This document shows, piece by piece, positions 1 through 12,600 of a DNA stretch of 64,000 bases. The stretch's first letter is position 1; every line of letters starts with the position of its first letter. Under the pieces are notes generated by a model that searched no databases, had not been told where the DNA came from, and saw nothing but the letters and a program-made list of their open reading frames with translations. Made by a program: the position numbers and the translations under genes. Source of the stretch: Leucoraja ocellata (lineage: Eukaryota). Location: assembly GCA_036785375.1 (NCBI GenBank), contig JAWMAR010000061.1:8866001-8930000 (forward strand), in the 5' to 3' direction.

Positions 1-270
1 TGACGTATATGGGTGTCTGTCAAATCTTGTTTTTTTCTGTCTCTGCTTGTAGAGCCGTGGGTGATTGCATGAACAGATTAGGCCGGACAAACATCCTACT
101 TCATAGCTGCACAACCCATGGGAAGAAACTTCCATTCCATCATTCTAGGGACAAAAATAACCCCAGACCTGGGTTAACAAGAAGCATTTAGCCAGAGGGT
201 GGCGAATCTAGCAATCAGTCAATTGATATTTTTTAAGGCAGATATTGATAGATTATTGGTTAATGTGGGA

Positions 271-420
271 ATGAACTGCAGATGCTGATTTAAACCGAAG
301 ATAGACACAAAAAGCTGGAGTAACTCAGCGGGACAGGCAGCTTCGCTGGAGAGATGGAATTTGTGACGTTTCGGGTCGAGACCCTGTCCTGCTGAAATAC
401 TCCAGCTTGTTGTGTCTATT
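271..420. mobile_element. Penelope-tail-derived short repeat (partial inverted pair)
   Basis: gacacaaaaagctggagtaactcagcgggacaggcagc followed by its partial reverse complement; same family as the 3' end of the element at 28780-29310. Confidence 0.7.
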
Positions 421-1017
421 ATGAATAGTCTTGAAGGCCCTCAACCGTTGCCTTGCAAACTGGATTAACCCTTTCACACCCTTGCTTTCCTCAGGCGGGT
501 ATTAAGTTACAATCAGACTTTGCACTTCACTGAGTCATGTATCAAATCCCATTGGAGACAAGTCAGCCGCCCACAAAACAAACCTGTAGGCAGTTTATTT
601 AAATTAATGGATTATCGATCAGAATTCCCCTGGTTGCCTGAGGGATTCCAGAGTATATACAGCTGGTGTTCATGTGTCTGTGGGCTTGTCGTCACCCATA
701 GCATCAGCCGGGAACCGTGTTGTACTCCCAGTTGTAAGCCACCGCTTTCCAGTTCACTCCTGGAAACTGATGCAATGAATTCAGTTAAAACATCTGCCAT
801 TTCCTGTCACGTTCCTGCCAACGCTGTATCCAAAAGCCTGGCGGGAATTTTGATGACAAGTTGCATTCTTCGGGAATAGCGAAATTCACATGGAAAGTGG
901 CTGTGGTGCTGCCAAAAGGGGTGTGTCCGCTTGGAACTGTGAGAAGCTACTGTCTCTGTGGAGCCTGCAGTGATTGCAGGGGCAGACTGGCGCTGTTGCC
1001 CGTCACACCCAGAAACG

Positions 1018-1252
1018 TGTAGGAAGCAACTGCAAATGCTGGTTTACACTGAAGATAGACACAAAATGCTGGAGTAACTCAGCGGGACAGGCAGCATCTC
1101 TGGAGGGAAGGAACGGGTGACTTTTTGAGACCCTTCTTCAGACTGGAGAAGTGTCTCGACCCGAAACGTCACCCGTCTCTTCTCTCACAGATGCTGCCTG
1201 TCCCGCTGAGTTACTCCAGCATTTTGTGTCTTTCTTCAACTGCAGTTGCTTG
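1018..1252. mobile_element. Palindromic Penelope-tail-derived repeat
   Basis: Two ~110-bp inverted arms meeting at cttcttcagactggagaag (~1141). Confidence 0.8.
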
Positions 1253-1261
1253 TTTCAACTG

Positions 1262-1610
1262 GGACGTGGCTTGATTATTTGATAGAGTTGTTGAGAGACG
1301 CTCTCAGGCAACTGAATCATCCCACCATAACCAGAGAGCAATGCTGAACTACTATCTACCGATTTGGTGACGCTCGGAATTTCCTTGAACGGACTTTGCT
1401 GGCTTTACCTTGCACTAAACGCCATTCCCTTATCATATAACTGTACACTGTGGACGGCTCGATTGGAATCACGTATTGTCTTTTTGCTGACTGGTTAAAC
1501 ATAGAAAATAGGTGCAGGAGTAGGCCATTCGGCCCTTCGAGCCAGCACCGCACGCAACAAAAGCTTTTCACTGTACCTCGGTACACGTGACAATAAACGA
1601 AACGAAACTC
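1262..1610 (+). mobile_element. Rex1/Babar-like LINE 3' end with nested CR1 tail (1497-1550)
   Basis: 3' UTR motif caacaaaagcttttcactgtacctcggtacacgtgacaataaa recurs at ~2750 and ~11750; nested aaacatagaaaataggtgcaggagtaggcc is the reverse CR1 tail. Confidence 0.55.
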
Positions 1611-3358
1611 TACCACTGGGACAAGAACAACATAAGCAGCCCAACACTGATAATGTGTCTAAGAGAGACAACATGCTGGGGTAACTCAGAGGGACATGCA
1701 GCATCTCTGGAAATAAGTAAGAACGAACTGCAAATGCTGGTTTACACACATTACTGGAGCCTGACAGTTGCCGACAATGCCTGGACCTTCAGTGTTGGTG
1801 TGAACTAAGGGCCCAGTCTCGTCAGTTGGGCCACATGCCTCGGAGTAGAAGCCCGCAAACATTGCAAGGATCCAGACACAAGATTCACCAGAACTGTACA
1901 CATCTGGCATCAGTGTTACCAATAAGACAATAGGTGCAGGAGTAGAGGCCATTTGGCCCTTCGAGCCAGCACCGCCATTCAACGTGACTGATCATCATCA
2001 CCACAATCAGTATCAGTTGCACTTGATAACATTTCTGGTGAGGACAGAAGATTTATATAATGTTTTTCCTGGGCTTAGTTGAATTTTAGCTGTTTTTCTG
2101 AACGATGAATTGCAGATTCCTTTCAACCTCACAAACTGAACTCTCAGCAACGCATGTGTTAACAGGGTTAATTTAACATATTCACAGGAGAGTGAGTGAT
2201 TGCAGCTCTGATTTATCCGGCAGGCAAAGCTGACTGGGCAGAGTTCCAGAGTTTCTGGGAATTCCACTGACGGCAGCGAGCCACAGCCGGGTTCACACGG
2301 TGGTGGTGGGTGGGGGGGGGCACACGCTACTGGGGTCACAGGCTGGAGCAGAGGGGGATACACGATGCATGGGGTAGGAGGTGGTCAGAGGATGGGGGAG
2401 GTCAGACAATGCAGCCGGGGAATGGACAGAGCATGGGGAGTGGTTACAGGCTGGGTGGGGGGTGTTTACATGTTGGGGAGGGCTCACACGATAGAGCAGG
2501 ATAATGGACAGAGCATGGGGGTGGGGGCCCAACCCCAGTCGTGTGATTGAATAAAAGGCTGAAGGCCCGCATCAGCAAACTCAGGAACAGCTTCCTCCCC
2601 TCTGTTTCCAGAGTTGTGAACGGTCCTTCCATGCGATTGAGGTCAGTCCCGATTTCCCAATCTGCCTCAACCACATTTTGCTCTACGGGTGGTACATGAT
2701 TTGACATTACATATTCATGCTTTGTATTGTCTGATTAGATAGCACATAAACAAAGGGGTTTTCGCTGTATCTTGGTACACTACACATGACAATAATACGC
2801 CAACATCAACACCAAGAGGCAACCTCTCCTCACTCCGGTGGCGGGGGCCTGAATGGTAAGTCCATACCTTTGTCCTGAGGAACAACGAGAACTGAAGCCG
2901 TCTCTGCTGGGCTGTAACGTGATGTGAGGCAGAGCTAGGACTAGGATTACACTGGCACACTCCCCCTCTTGTTCACACAGCAAAGTCCACAACCATGGGC
3001 TGGGCCCCAGTGCAATGGTTCAATTGTACTTTATTGTCACCTATACCCAAGTACAGTGACATTCTTTCCTTGCATCAGTTCGGTAACAATTCTGTGATAC
3101 ATTAGGCACAATCATACTAAATACAAGAGTATTAGACAGTAGACGTCTCTGAGTCCAGTAGACATCTCTGGGCCAACTTGCACTCTCTCTGGATGCACTG
3201 ACATCAAAGAATGCAGATGCCAAACTAACAGTAAGATGCATTTTGTTCAAAGAATGTAACACAGATTGTTTCATTACGTCAAGACAAGGGAACCTTTTGA
3301 AAGGCATACAGTCATAATGCAGCAATATTTACACAGAGGTACCGTATGGTACGATATG

Positions 3359-3492
3359 GGGCAGCACGGTGTCACACGCGGTAGAGTTGCTGCCTTATCG
3401 CACCAGAGACCCAGGTTCGATCCTGAATGTAAATTGTTCTTAGTGTGTAGGATAGTGCTAGTATAGGGGTGATCGCTGGTCGGCGTGGACTC
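3359..3492 (+). mobile_element. tRNA-derived SINE (HE1/V-SINE-like), internally deleted
   Basis: ggcagcacggtgtcacacgcggtagag (box A-like), ggttcgatcc (box B), then tagtgtgtaggatagtgctagt...ggtcggcgtggactc 3' part. Confidence 0.7.
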
Positions 3493-4320
3493 ACCATGAG
3501 ACATCCAGGCCTCAGCACCAGCTGCAAGAAGCAGCCTGCTGTGCCCATTCCCTCCATAGTGGACAGAGGCACAGCTGTGTGTTGCTCAAGTTCCCAGAGC
3601 CTAGGGAATGGGTGATGAAGATGCAACCTACAGATGCAAGGACCCAGCAACACGATCACTGATGTAACTGCTGCAAGTTATACCCTATGGGCACTATGTC
3701 AGCCTGACCATGGTCCATGGCCATACACCATAGAAGAGAAGCTTGAGGCCATCCAACAACAAAGAGGAGATTTAATTTTAAACAGAGATCTTTTTGAAAG
3801 AGAGGAAGGAATACCACAGCAGGCTGGGCGACTGTGGTGGAGTGTAAGGAATGAGGGGTACAGGTACTAGGCAGAGGCAGGTTGGGGTTGCTACAGTAGG
3901 AGGAAAGATGAAGGGTGTGGATTGCCAGGAGAGTGTTGGAATAGTCTAACTGAAGCTAACCAGTCAGCTGGGTTAGGTCAGGATTGTTGGGTGGTCAACA
4001 GCTCTGGGCAAGTAAACCATGTGTCTCAGGAAGGCTGAACCACACATTGTGTACAAAGTGTGTTACCACAGCTGCTACTTGGGATCAGGACAGAACCAGA
4101 GGGAATCAAGAATCCAGAACCAAAAGCCAGTAGGATTGGAAACTACAACATATGAAACAAGCCAGAAAACACAAGGAAATAATCAAAAGCAACATAACCA
4201 CCACTCAGAAAGCCCCGCAAGTGTTTCAATCCAAAGGAAATGGATGTTGTCATTCTGCAAATCTTGGCCTACCATAGAAAACATTCTGAACTGGAGCAAT
4301 GTCCCACTAAGTCACAAAGT

Positions 4321-4476
4321 TTTATTAACCCTGTTGCAGCATACAACAAACACGGCCAAAATCCCATCACAAGCTGACCACCAGTCCGTTGTCACCAACA
4401 GGAGCAGCACCTCAACAAGGCAACATCTCCGAGGGCTTGCTGGAAATTGGAATCAAGATGATTTCAATATTTTATT
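4321..4476 (-). terminator. Candidate cspg4 polyadenylation signals (AATAAA at 4476..4471 and 4326..4321)
   Basis: First two AATAAA hexamers downstream of the stop on the minus strand; U/GU-rich sequence further downstream. No transcript evidence. Confidence 0.35.
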
Positions 4477-4817
4477 TTAAAGTCAGTTATTTCAATTTTT
4501 GGAATGTGTAACAGGTGAAGTCTGGCAACTACTAAGGTATTGGTTTACCCTTTATCCTCCACGGGATGGTTAGATGCAGCAGAATGCTATCCACTGCAGC
4601 AGATTTTCTTTCAGCTGGGGCTGAACCATCTCTTCTGTGGTGTAATCCTGCTGGTACAGTGGGAACCTTCCTGTCCCGGGTTGATAAGGTGCAGTAACGA
4701 TGTGATGGTGTGTGTTCTGTGACTGGTTTGAAGCACCTTGAGCTGGTAGGATGACAAAGAGACTGGGACCGGGATCATACCTAGTAGTGATTGCTAGCCT
4801 GGCAGACCTGCTTCACC

Positions 4818-6661
4818 TCAGGAATACCGTGGCCACTGTACCTGAGCACCATTCTGAGGCCGGACATTCACCAGAGGCATGGACTGGACATGATCTGTTT
4901 TCCTGAAGGTCTCTTTCTCCACTGCACTATTCCTGGGCTTGGGAGGAGGGGCCTGCACATTGTGCTTTCCCATCTTGTGACGTTTGGTAACGCAGATCAC
5001 AATCACTATTAAAATCAGCAACAGCAAAACCACCAGGATGACAGCAATGATGATGGTGATTAGATTATTGCCTGCAGAAGAGAGAGCTGCCTCATTGACT
5101 GCTGTTGCTTGGAACTCTGTAGATACGCCACCCGATGTAGGATCACTACTTCCAAAGGGGCTCCACGTTACCGCTGGGTAATCCATGTCTCTCTCTCCTC
5201 CATCCTGGGCTGATGGACTGCTGCTGGAATCTGGTGCCTTTGTACTACTCAGGGAGGCGAGGTTGAGCAGTGTGGCATTGTAATGGTGATTGGGTATGTA
5301 TGGCACAGTCTGAAATTCTAAAGCTCCTCTGCCAGGTGGCACTCCATCAGCTTTTAAGAGAAACTGGAAGCTATCCAAGTCTGGAAATAGCCCAGCCTCA
5401 GCGGAATCAAAGACTTCCATGGCAATGCTTCCGTCTTCCAGGTCTGTCTGGGTGAAGTTACTGCCCAGAAGACTTTGTGTGCCATTCTGTCTGTGCACCT
5501 TGATGAGTTTCCCAGCTCTGGGCTGTTGAGTGATGTGGAAGGTGGGAACGCTTTGGGTCTTATTCCCCAGTTCACTTGCATCCAAAACATCCGTGTCGAT
5601 CAAAACGGTGGTACCTTTGGGCCACTGCAGATGTGGGGCCACTCTCACTAGTGGCTGCACTGTGATATTCACCGTGCCTGACATGTTGCCCTTACTGCTC
5701 AGTGCCCAAACCTGGAAGCTGTCCTGGTAAACAGATAAATCCGTCAGCCGGTACTTCACTTCTCCACTGTCAATCTGCTTCTGCAAGAACTCCGTCACCA
5801 CAACCTGGTTCATCGTCACCTGGCCATGCCTTGGCAGCTGAGTTATTCTGTAGAGGGTTTCTCCATTTGCCCCGGTCTCTACCACAAGCTGCTCTCTGGT
5901 TATGGGTGTTGCTGGATCCCCCTGCAGTAGCACAGCCTCTTTGTTGTGGATCACGCTGACAGTGGCTGGCACAACCTCAACAGTGACAGACCCCCTGGCA
6001 GCTGAGTGTGTCCCATCGGAGACTGTGAAGTGGACAGTGCTGGTGGATGGTGGGCCCACTGCTTGGAACAACACAGTGCCAGCATTGACATCCGCCTGTG
6101 TGAACTGTGTTATGGCCGTGTTGCTGTTAGCCAGATGCACAAAGAAGCCATTGTCTGGTCCTGCGACAATTACATACTGGATTTCTTCTGGCGTGTTGTC
6201 TGGGTCTACTGAGCGTATGTGGTCAGGAGACAACACCAAGCGGGAGCCTTGCGGAGCGTGGAGGGCTAGTCCCGTGGTGACAATCCGTGGCGGATACGCT
6301 TTCACCGGCACCACCGTGATGTTAAAACGCTCAGAAATAACGATGACCATTTTGTCATCTCCAGGCCGTGACAGTCGCTTTCTCCTTGGACCCAAGCGAG
6401 CTCGGAAGGTGAAGCTGTCCTCCAGTGCCCCTGACCGGGAGTGTGTGTACTCCAGTGTGGACACCAACAAGTCAGACTGTGTGAAGCGCCGCACCCTCCT
6501 GACACTGGCCAACGACAGAAACCCATGGACAGGCTGAGCGGTCACCTCAAACACCACCTCGTAGCGGGAACGGCCGGGCCTGGGCACTGCGGCCAGAAGG
6601 TTGGAGGCGTCCAGTGCAGACTGGTCAATTGTGGCACTTTGACCTTGAAGCAGAGTAAGGC
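4818..6661 (-). CDS. cspg4: cspg4 exon 10 (last CSPG repeats, S/T-rich stalk, TM helix ~4978-5064, cytoplasmic tail)
   Basis: ctccag|GC acceptor; within the 631-aa ORF; TM LITIIIAVILVVLLLLILIVIVICV followed by KRHK; stop TGA 4820..4818. Confidence 0.95.
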
Positions 6662-9600
6662 CTGGAGAAGAAAGAAAGACATGTTGTTGATTGAGCAGTT
6701 GGAGACAACTCATCTGCCCTGTCCACCATGAGCCGGCTCCACTTCAGGCTTCAGCCATCATGCTGCTGCCATCTGCTCCACTCACTAACCAACATTTGTT
6801 CTGCTCTCTCACACCTGTATCTACAACCTGTTGCTCAAGACCCCTGACCAATTGTGCACAACAACAATCTCAGCAACTCCTCAAAGACTGTGGTGCTCTG
6901 ATTATTCAGCCTATCACTCCAGCAAGTATAGAAGAAGTCAAAACAGAAAGATTGACCACCAGAGAAGGGCTGGAGGAGCTATGCTTCTACACACACCATC
7001 ACTGACCAGAAACATTACTTTGTTGATGTAATTCAGTTTTGAGCTTGGGATTTGCTCTCTTTAAACTGCACGATGTTTACAATAGTCCCATCATTACTGA
7101 CTCACTGGAAATTATTCATTCGCTCCTCCTGACTGTTTTACAAGTCATGTCCTGCAGACTATCATGACATCCAACTGAGTGCAGGAATGGAGAGGGGGTG
7201 AGAGGGGGAAAGGCAATGCATTGTGAGGTTAGGCGTTGAGGTGAAATCGTTCTGATTAATTAAAGTGAACAGAGTGGATGGAGCCAGCTTCTCACTGCTT
7301 CCAGTGCATCACTGATCATCATCCACAATGTGTTTACTGCTCCACAACAACTGTGCTCTCACCATCTTCTGTTTTAATTTCTACATTTACTATGTTTGTT
7401 GCCAAGTGTCAGAGTTTTACTGAACATCAGAATGTGGTGAAAATCCTGTGGTGATGCTTTGTCACCGCCTGTAACCTTGTCCCATCACCGCAGGTCGCAA
7501 GATGACAAGTTGTATGCACTGTCACCAATGCAGCAGCAAGTAACATCAGGGAAATAGGATGAAGGAGATTACTGAGATAGAACGTGAGCAGGTGAACTCC
7601 AGCCTGCTCTGCCATGTCATACAATCATGGCTGCTCTGACACTAACTTCAACTCCACATTCAAGTCACCTCCAGTGGATACACCCCTTGTCTATACAACT
7701 ATTTCTTATAAGACAATCCCTCTATTCCTAGTATTAATCTAGGAAAACATTCTCTGAACTGCTTCCATTGGTTTAAAAACCCTTCAATAAGGAGATTAAT
7801 ATTGTACACAATACCCCAGATGTGATCTCATGGTATAACTGTATAACTGAAGGACAACCTCCTTACTTTTGTATTCAATTCTTTTTGCAATAAATTCGCT
7901 GTTAGCTTTCCTGATCACTTGCAAACTCTATATACCAATCCTTTGTGAATCAGACAGCCGGGACCTCTGCATCTCAGAACTCGGCAAATCACAACGTTTA
8001 GATTTTTCCTTCCAACAGATATTCCCACTTTATATTTGTCACCACATCTTCAGATCATCATGTTAGTTGTAAACATTGTGGTGCTGCCACTGCTCCCTCA
8101 ACACTCCACTCATTACATCTTCCCATCAAACAATGGGACGTATTGGTGCCTCCTCTCCAGATGCCATGAGTCTGCCCGTGCCGATGTGTTGCATCGTTCC
8201 TGATAAGCTTTTATTTTCTGCAATAACCTTTGAAGTAATGTTTTATCAAAGACCATCTGTGAGCATAGCACACCAACTGGTTCTGCTTTATCTGCCTTAT
8301 TCCAGCTGCACTTGGCATTTGGAGATTTTTTAATCATATGAAACTGGAGCCAGGATCAAAAAAATAGAAATGACAAGAAATGAATCGACTGCAACACCTT
8401 TTAGGAGCGATTGCCCTGATTGCTCGGTAACCCAGAGCACTGATTGTCCATGCAAACATCTCCTGAGCATCTCCTGGAGCTGGGGCTGGGGCTGGGGATG
8501 GGGCTGGGGGTGGGGATGGGGATGGGGATGGGGAGGGGGAGGGGGCTGGGGAGGGGAAGTTGGAGGGGGAGGGGGAGGGGGCCTGGGAGGGGGAGGGGGA
8601 GAGCTGTTTGTGCCTACCTTTATTCCTCCAGAGCTGGCTGCCTTGCCCAGGGCCACCATTTTCAAAGGAGATCCAGAGTGTCAGGTTGTGCCTCTGCGTG
8701 ACTGCTGGCAGAGAGGAGACCGTAAACTGGAACGAATCCTGGCTCTTCCACAGGGGCTCCTTGGGCCAATCATGTTGGTAGAAAATGTTGGCAGCCTCCA
8801 GCTATGGGTGAAAGGAGAAGTCATTGTGAACATAGTGGACAAAGGTCACTCTCCTTCACTCTGGAACTCACTGCAGAGGATCACACAGCCTAGCCCAGTA
8901 CCATTACACCACCTATCCACACACACAGGCCTGGATACTACCAACGAGTCTGGATTTGGTGACAGTCCAGAACCCGGTTACTGTTGCTGCCTGGTTCTTG
9001 GTTGCTAGAATTAACCATTCTTTGAAGCCTTGCATCAAAATAACCTTGGTCCTGAAGGTCAAGGAATGTCACAGTATCTTATTGCAAGAGAGAGCTCTGC
9101 GTTGAACATGCTTTGACTTTCTGAAGCCACCATAAAGCTGGCGATCTAAATTGCCCTCAACCAGATTATTCCTAGTTTGAAGAACTTCTCAAGAGGAATC
9201 AGCATTCATGGAAGTTTAAATCTGAGTGCAGACCGTCACGCTAATCTCCACTGGTGGAGGGATGGCTTGGAGATCCTGGGGAGGAGGCTGTGTACACCAA
9301 AGGTTTCTCATACTCACCCCATCTCTGTAACTCCTGCACTGACAGAGGATGATTACAAAACATTTCAGAGCAGTCACAGTCGTACAGCACGGAAACAGGT
9401 GCTTTGGCCCAACTTGCCCATGACGATCAAGTTGCTCCAGCTACACTAGTCACAGCTGATCGCGCTTGGCCCATATCCCTCGAAACCTCTCCTACTCATG
9501 TACCCATTCAAATGTATTTTAAATGCTATTTCAGTACCTGCTTCAACGACCTCCAATGGTAGCTTGTTCCATGATTGACCCACCACCCATTAGGTTCCAA

Positions 9601-12600
9601 TTAAATCTTTTCCCTCTCAACTTAAATCTATGTCCTTAGGTTGTTGATTCACTATCCTGGGAAAAAGACAATGCATTCACTCTATCTATTCCCCTCATGA
9701 TTTTACACAGTGCCCACTAAGTCTTTAAATGATTGGTCAAACAGACACAAGTGCAGGAGCGTTAACTGAGATTTTTGACTCTTATGCATTACCCTGCAGC
9801 TGTTCTGTGAGAGGTGGCTTAGCATAGACATTTTATCATCTAGGACTTGGACAGTTAAAGGAACCTTGAAGAGAATTGCTCAGTGAGCAGTGTGTGAATG
9901 AGTTTCACAATAATCTGACAGATCAGGTAATGGTGCTCATTTATTTCCCTCTGGTTGGAGATATAACAATGCAGTCTACAATTTGGCATTATCTTCACTC
10001 TGGATATTAATTACATTTTTCCATCATGAAGTATGAGCAATGTGATTTCTGAACCTCATTCATCTCCCCTGACACTGGAGAGTTACACATCAGCAATAAC
10101 CCATTAAACTAGAACGCCAATCTTCACATTACAAGTGAATTTATTTGATATCTTCCTTGTCTTGTTTTCCCCTGCACTCTGCTGAAGGTCCCATCAGCCA
10201 TCCGTTCACTGCTGTGCCAAGTAGTTTTTCCTCAGGGACCAGTCTCTGCAGAACAGCAAGGGAGACCATTCTGACATTCATTTCTGCTCTCCATTTGTCC
10301 GACTCCCTCACTCTTCCCAGAGCCTTGAAAACCCTTCAAGCATATCCACAATTTTCATTTGAAACTTATGGCTGAATCTGTAGGCTGGATTTGTCTGTGT
10401 CATTTCCCTCTGATTGGAGATATATAAATGCAGCCTACAGTCTGGTATTATCTTCACTCTGGATATTAATTACATTCTTCCATCATGAAGTATGAGCAAT
10501 GTGATTTCGGAAGCTCATTCATCTCCCCTGACACATCACCAGCCACCCATTTGTAGCCACTGGCTCATTCAACTCAGGCATGGTGAATGTGGATGGCTCC
10601 AATGCAGGTCCCATTGAATGATCTCAGCTGCTTTAGTCTATCCACGGAGCCCTCGTCCCCCCATTCCAGTAAATCTCCTCTGCACCTTCTCCGAGGCCCT
10701 CACATCCTGCTTGAAACATGGGCCCCAGATTGAACACAGTACTTCAACTGGGGTCAAACCTTGTTCATTTTACAATTCCACGATGAGTCTAACATTCTTG
10801 TGTTTGAAATCAATGCCCTAGTTTATTACGCCCAGCTTCCTGTGTCAACTTTTAACATTTAATATTGCCTCCCACTAACTTCCCCACATTAAATAACACA
10901 TGGCCCATGTCCACACTCACCAGTATTATGTGGTGTGTGATTGCCCTCACTATTTATTTTGTGACCTATACAAAGTTTGTACTCATGCCCTATCAAGTTT
11001 AGTTTATGACAGTACTATACATCAAAATGACAGTACTTTCAATATCAATTCCAGGGGAACAATATATCTCTCAGGTACAAATCAACAATGCTTGCCACTA
11101 TTCTCTCTGCTTTCTATCCCCTATCTAATACTGTATCCAGTCTCTGCAATCCCATGAGCTTCACCCATGCTGATGTTTTGTTGCTCCTTATCCCATGCAT
11201 ATTGAAATACCACATGTACAACATTAACCACACTACCCTTATCAATCTACTCCTTGAGACAAAGAACACAAGTTAATTAAATATGGTTTAGGCAGCCATG
11301 TTCTATAGCTATTTTCCAAGTAACGATGAACTTTGCCTGAGTGTTGATCTTTTACCCATCACAGGGCATCTGTTGTTTTCTGTTTAACTTGTTCCCATTT
11401 TGCACACAGGGAGTAACATTAGCAGCACCCCTAATTCCATGGAGCTCTGGGCAACTGGAGTGAAGTCTGTGTAATCTCAACCCACCACAAGATTGGATGC
11501 TTCCAAAGGCAACTGGAAAAAGATGTGTTCTGATGAAGGATTATTTTCCTGAAACATTGACTTTGTTTCTCTCTTCTGGGACAGTTTCTTCACAGCTGTC
11601 ATTGGGCAACTGAACCATCCTCACAGCAGCTGAAGTGCAGCCCTGACTCCCCATCTATTTCATTGGAGACTTCTTGCACTCTATGCTGTACCCTTGACCC
11701 TTTATCTGTGGGTGCACTGTGGATGGCTATAGTCTCTTGACTGGATAGCACAACAAAAGTTTTTCACTGTACTTTGGTACATGTGGCAATAATAAACTAA
11801 ACTAAACACAAAGGCTGTCCAACCTGCTATTGGCAGCATTTTATATATTTTAGTTTGGAATGACAGCATTTGCAATTTCAGTTTGATATTTCCCACCTAG
11901 ACTGGATGATTTGCCCCGAGCCAATGTTGAACATGTCATTACCGTCCATACTCTGATCATTCCTGCACCACATTCCCCTCCCCTGTGGCATTGGCAGTGA
12001 CAGTGAGCAGAACGGCATCACTGCTCAGCTTGTGCCTGTCCACACCCACAGTCACGCCGCCCAAAGACTCTGTGATTGCACCGACTTGGTGCTCAAAGCT
12101 CAGCTCCCAGCTGGAAATCTCCCCAGCACCCTTCTCCAAGGAATCAATGCAGAGTGAAATTAAACTCACGTCTTCTTCAGTGAAGCTGGAAACGATCCTG
12201 GTCACATTCCCTGTGTCAACTGTGATCAGTTGCCCCAAAGCAGGAGGAGTCACAACTGTGTATAGGATTGGTCTGCTATTTGCTCTGCTGTCATCATTGG
12301 TTCTTGCCTTGAGGTGCCGGGTTGTGATCGGCTGGCGTGTCCCTGGTGGGTGGGTGAAATGAAAGGAAGAGTGACCATTTATGTCAGCTCCATCTCCACT
12401 CCGTGCCATGTCTGAGCCATTCACTGTGTCTGCACTCCCCAAACCACTCACACCATTCACTGTGTCTGTGCTCCCCAAACCACTCACACCATTCACTGTG
12501 TCTACACTCCCCAAACCACTCACACCATTCACTGTGTCTGCACTCCCCAAGCAACTCACACCATTCACTGTGTCTACACTCCCCAAGCCACTCACACACC

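Noticed and set aside
3359-3425. tRNA gene
   Set aside because: Has A/B boxes but continues into SINE body sequence with no full cloverleaf.
4836-4844. CAG|GTACAG as a donor to a further exon restoring the YWV end
   Set aside because: Poor donor consensus, no downstream YWV-coding exon noticed in 1-4800, and the ancestral end is visible in place.
5902-6537. 211-aa plus-strand ORF
   Set aside because: Antisense shadow of cspg4 exon 10.
8370-9008. 212-aa WG/Gly-repeat ORF
   Set aside because: Produced by the G-rich microsatellite plus the antisense of exon 9.
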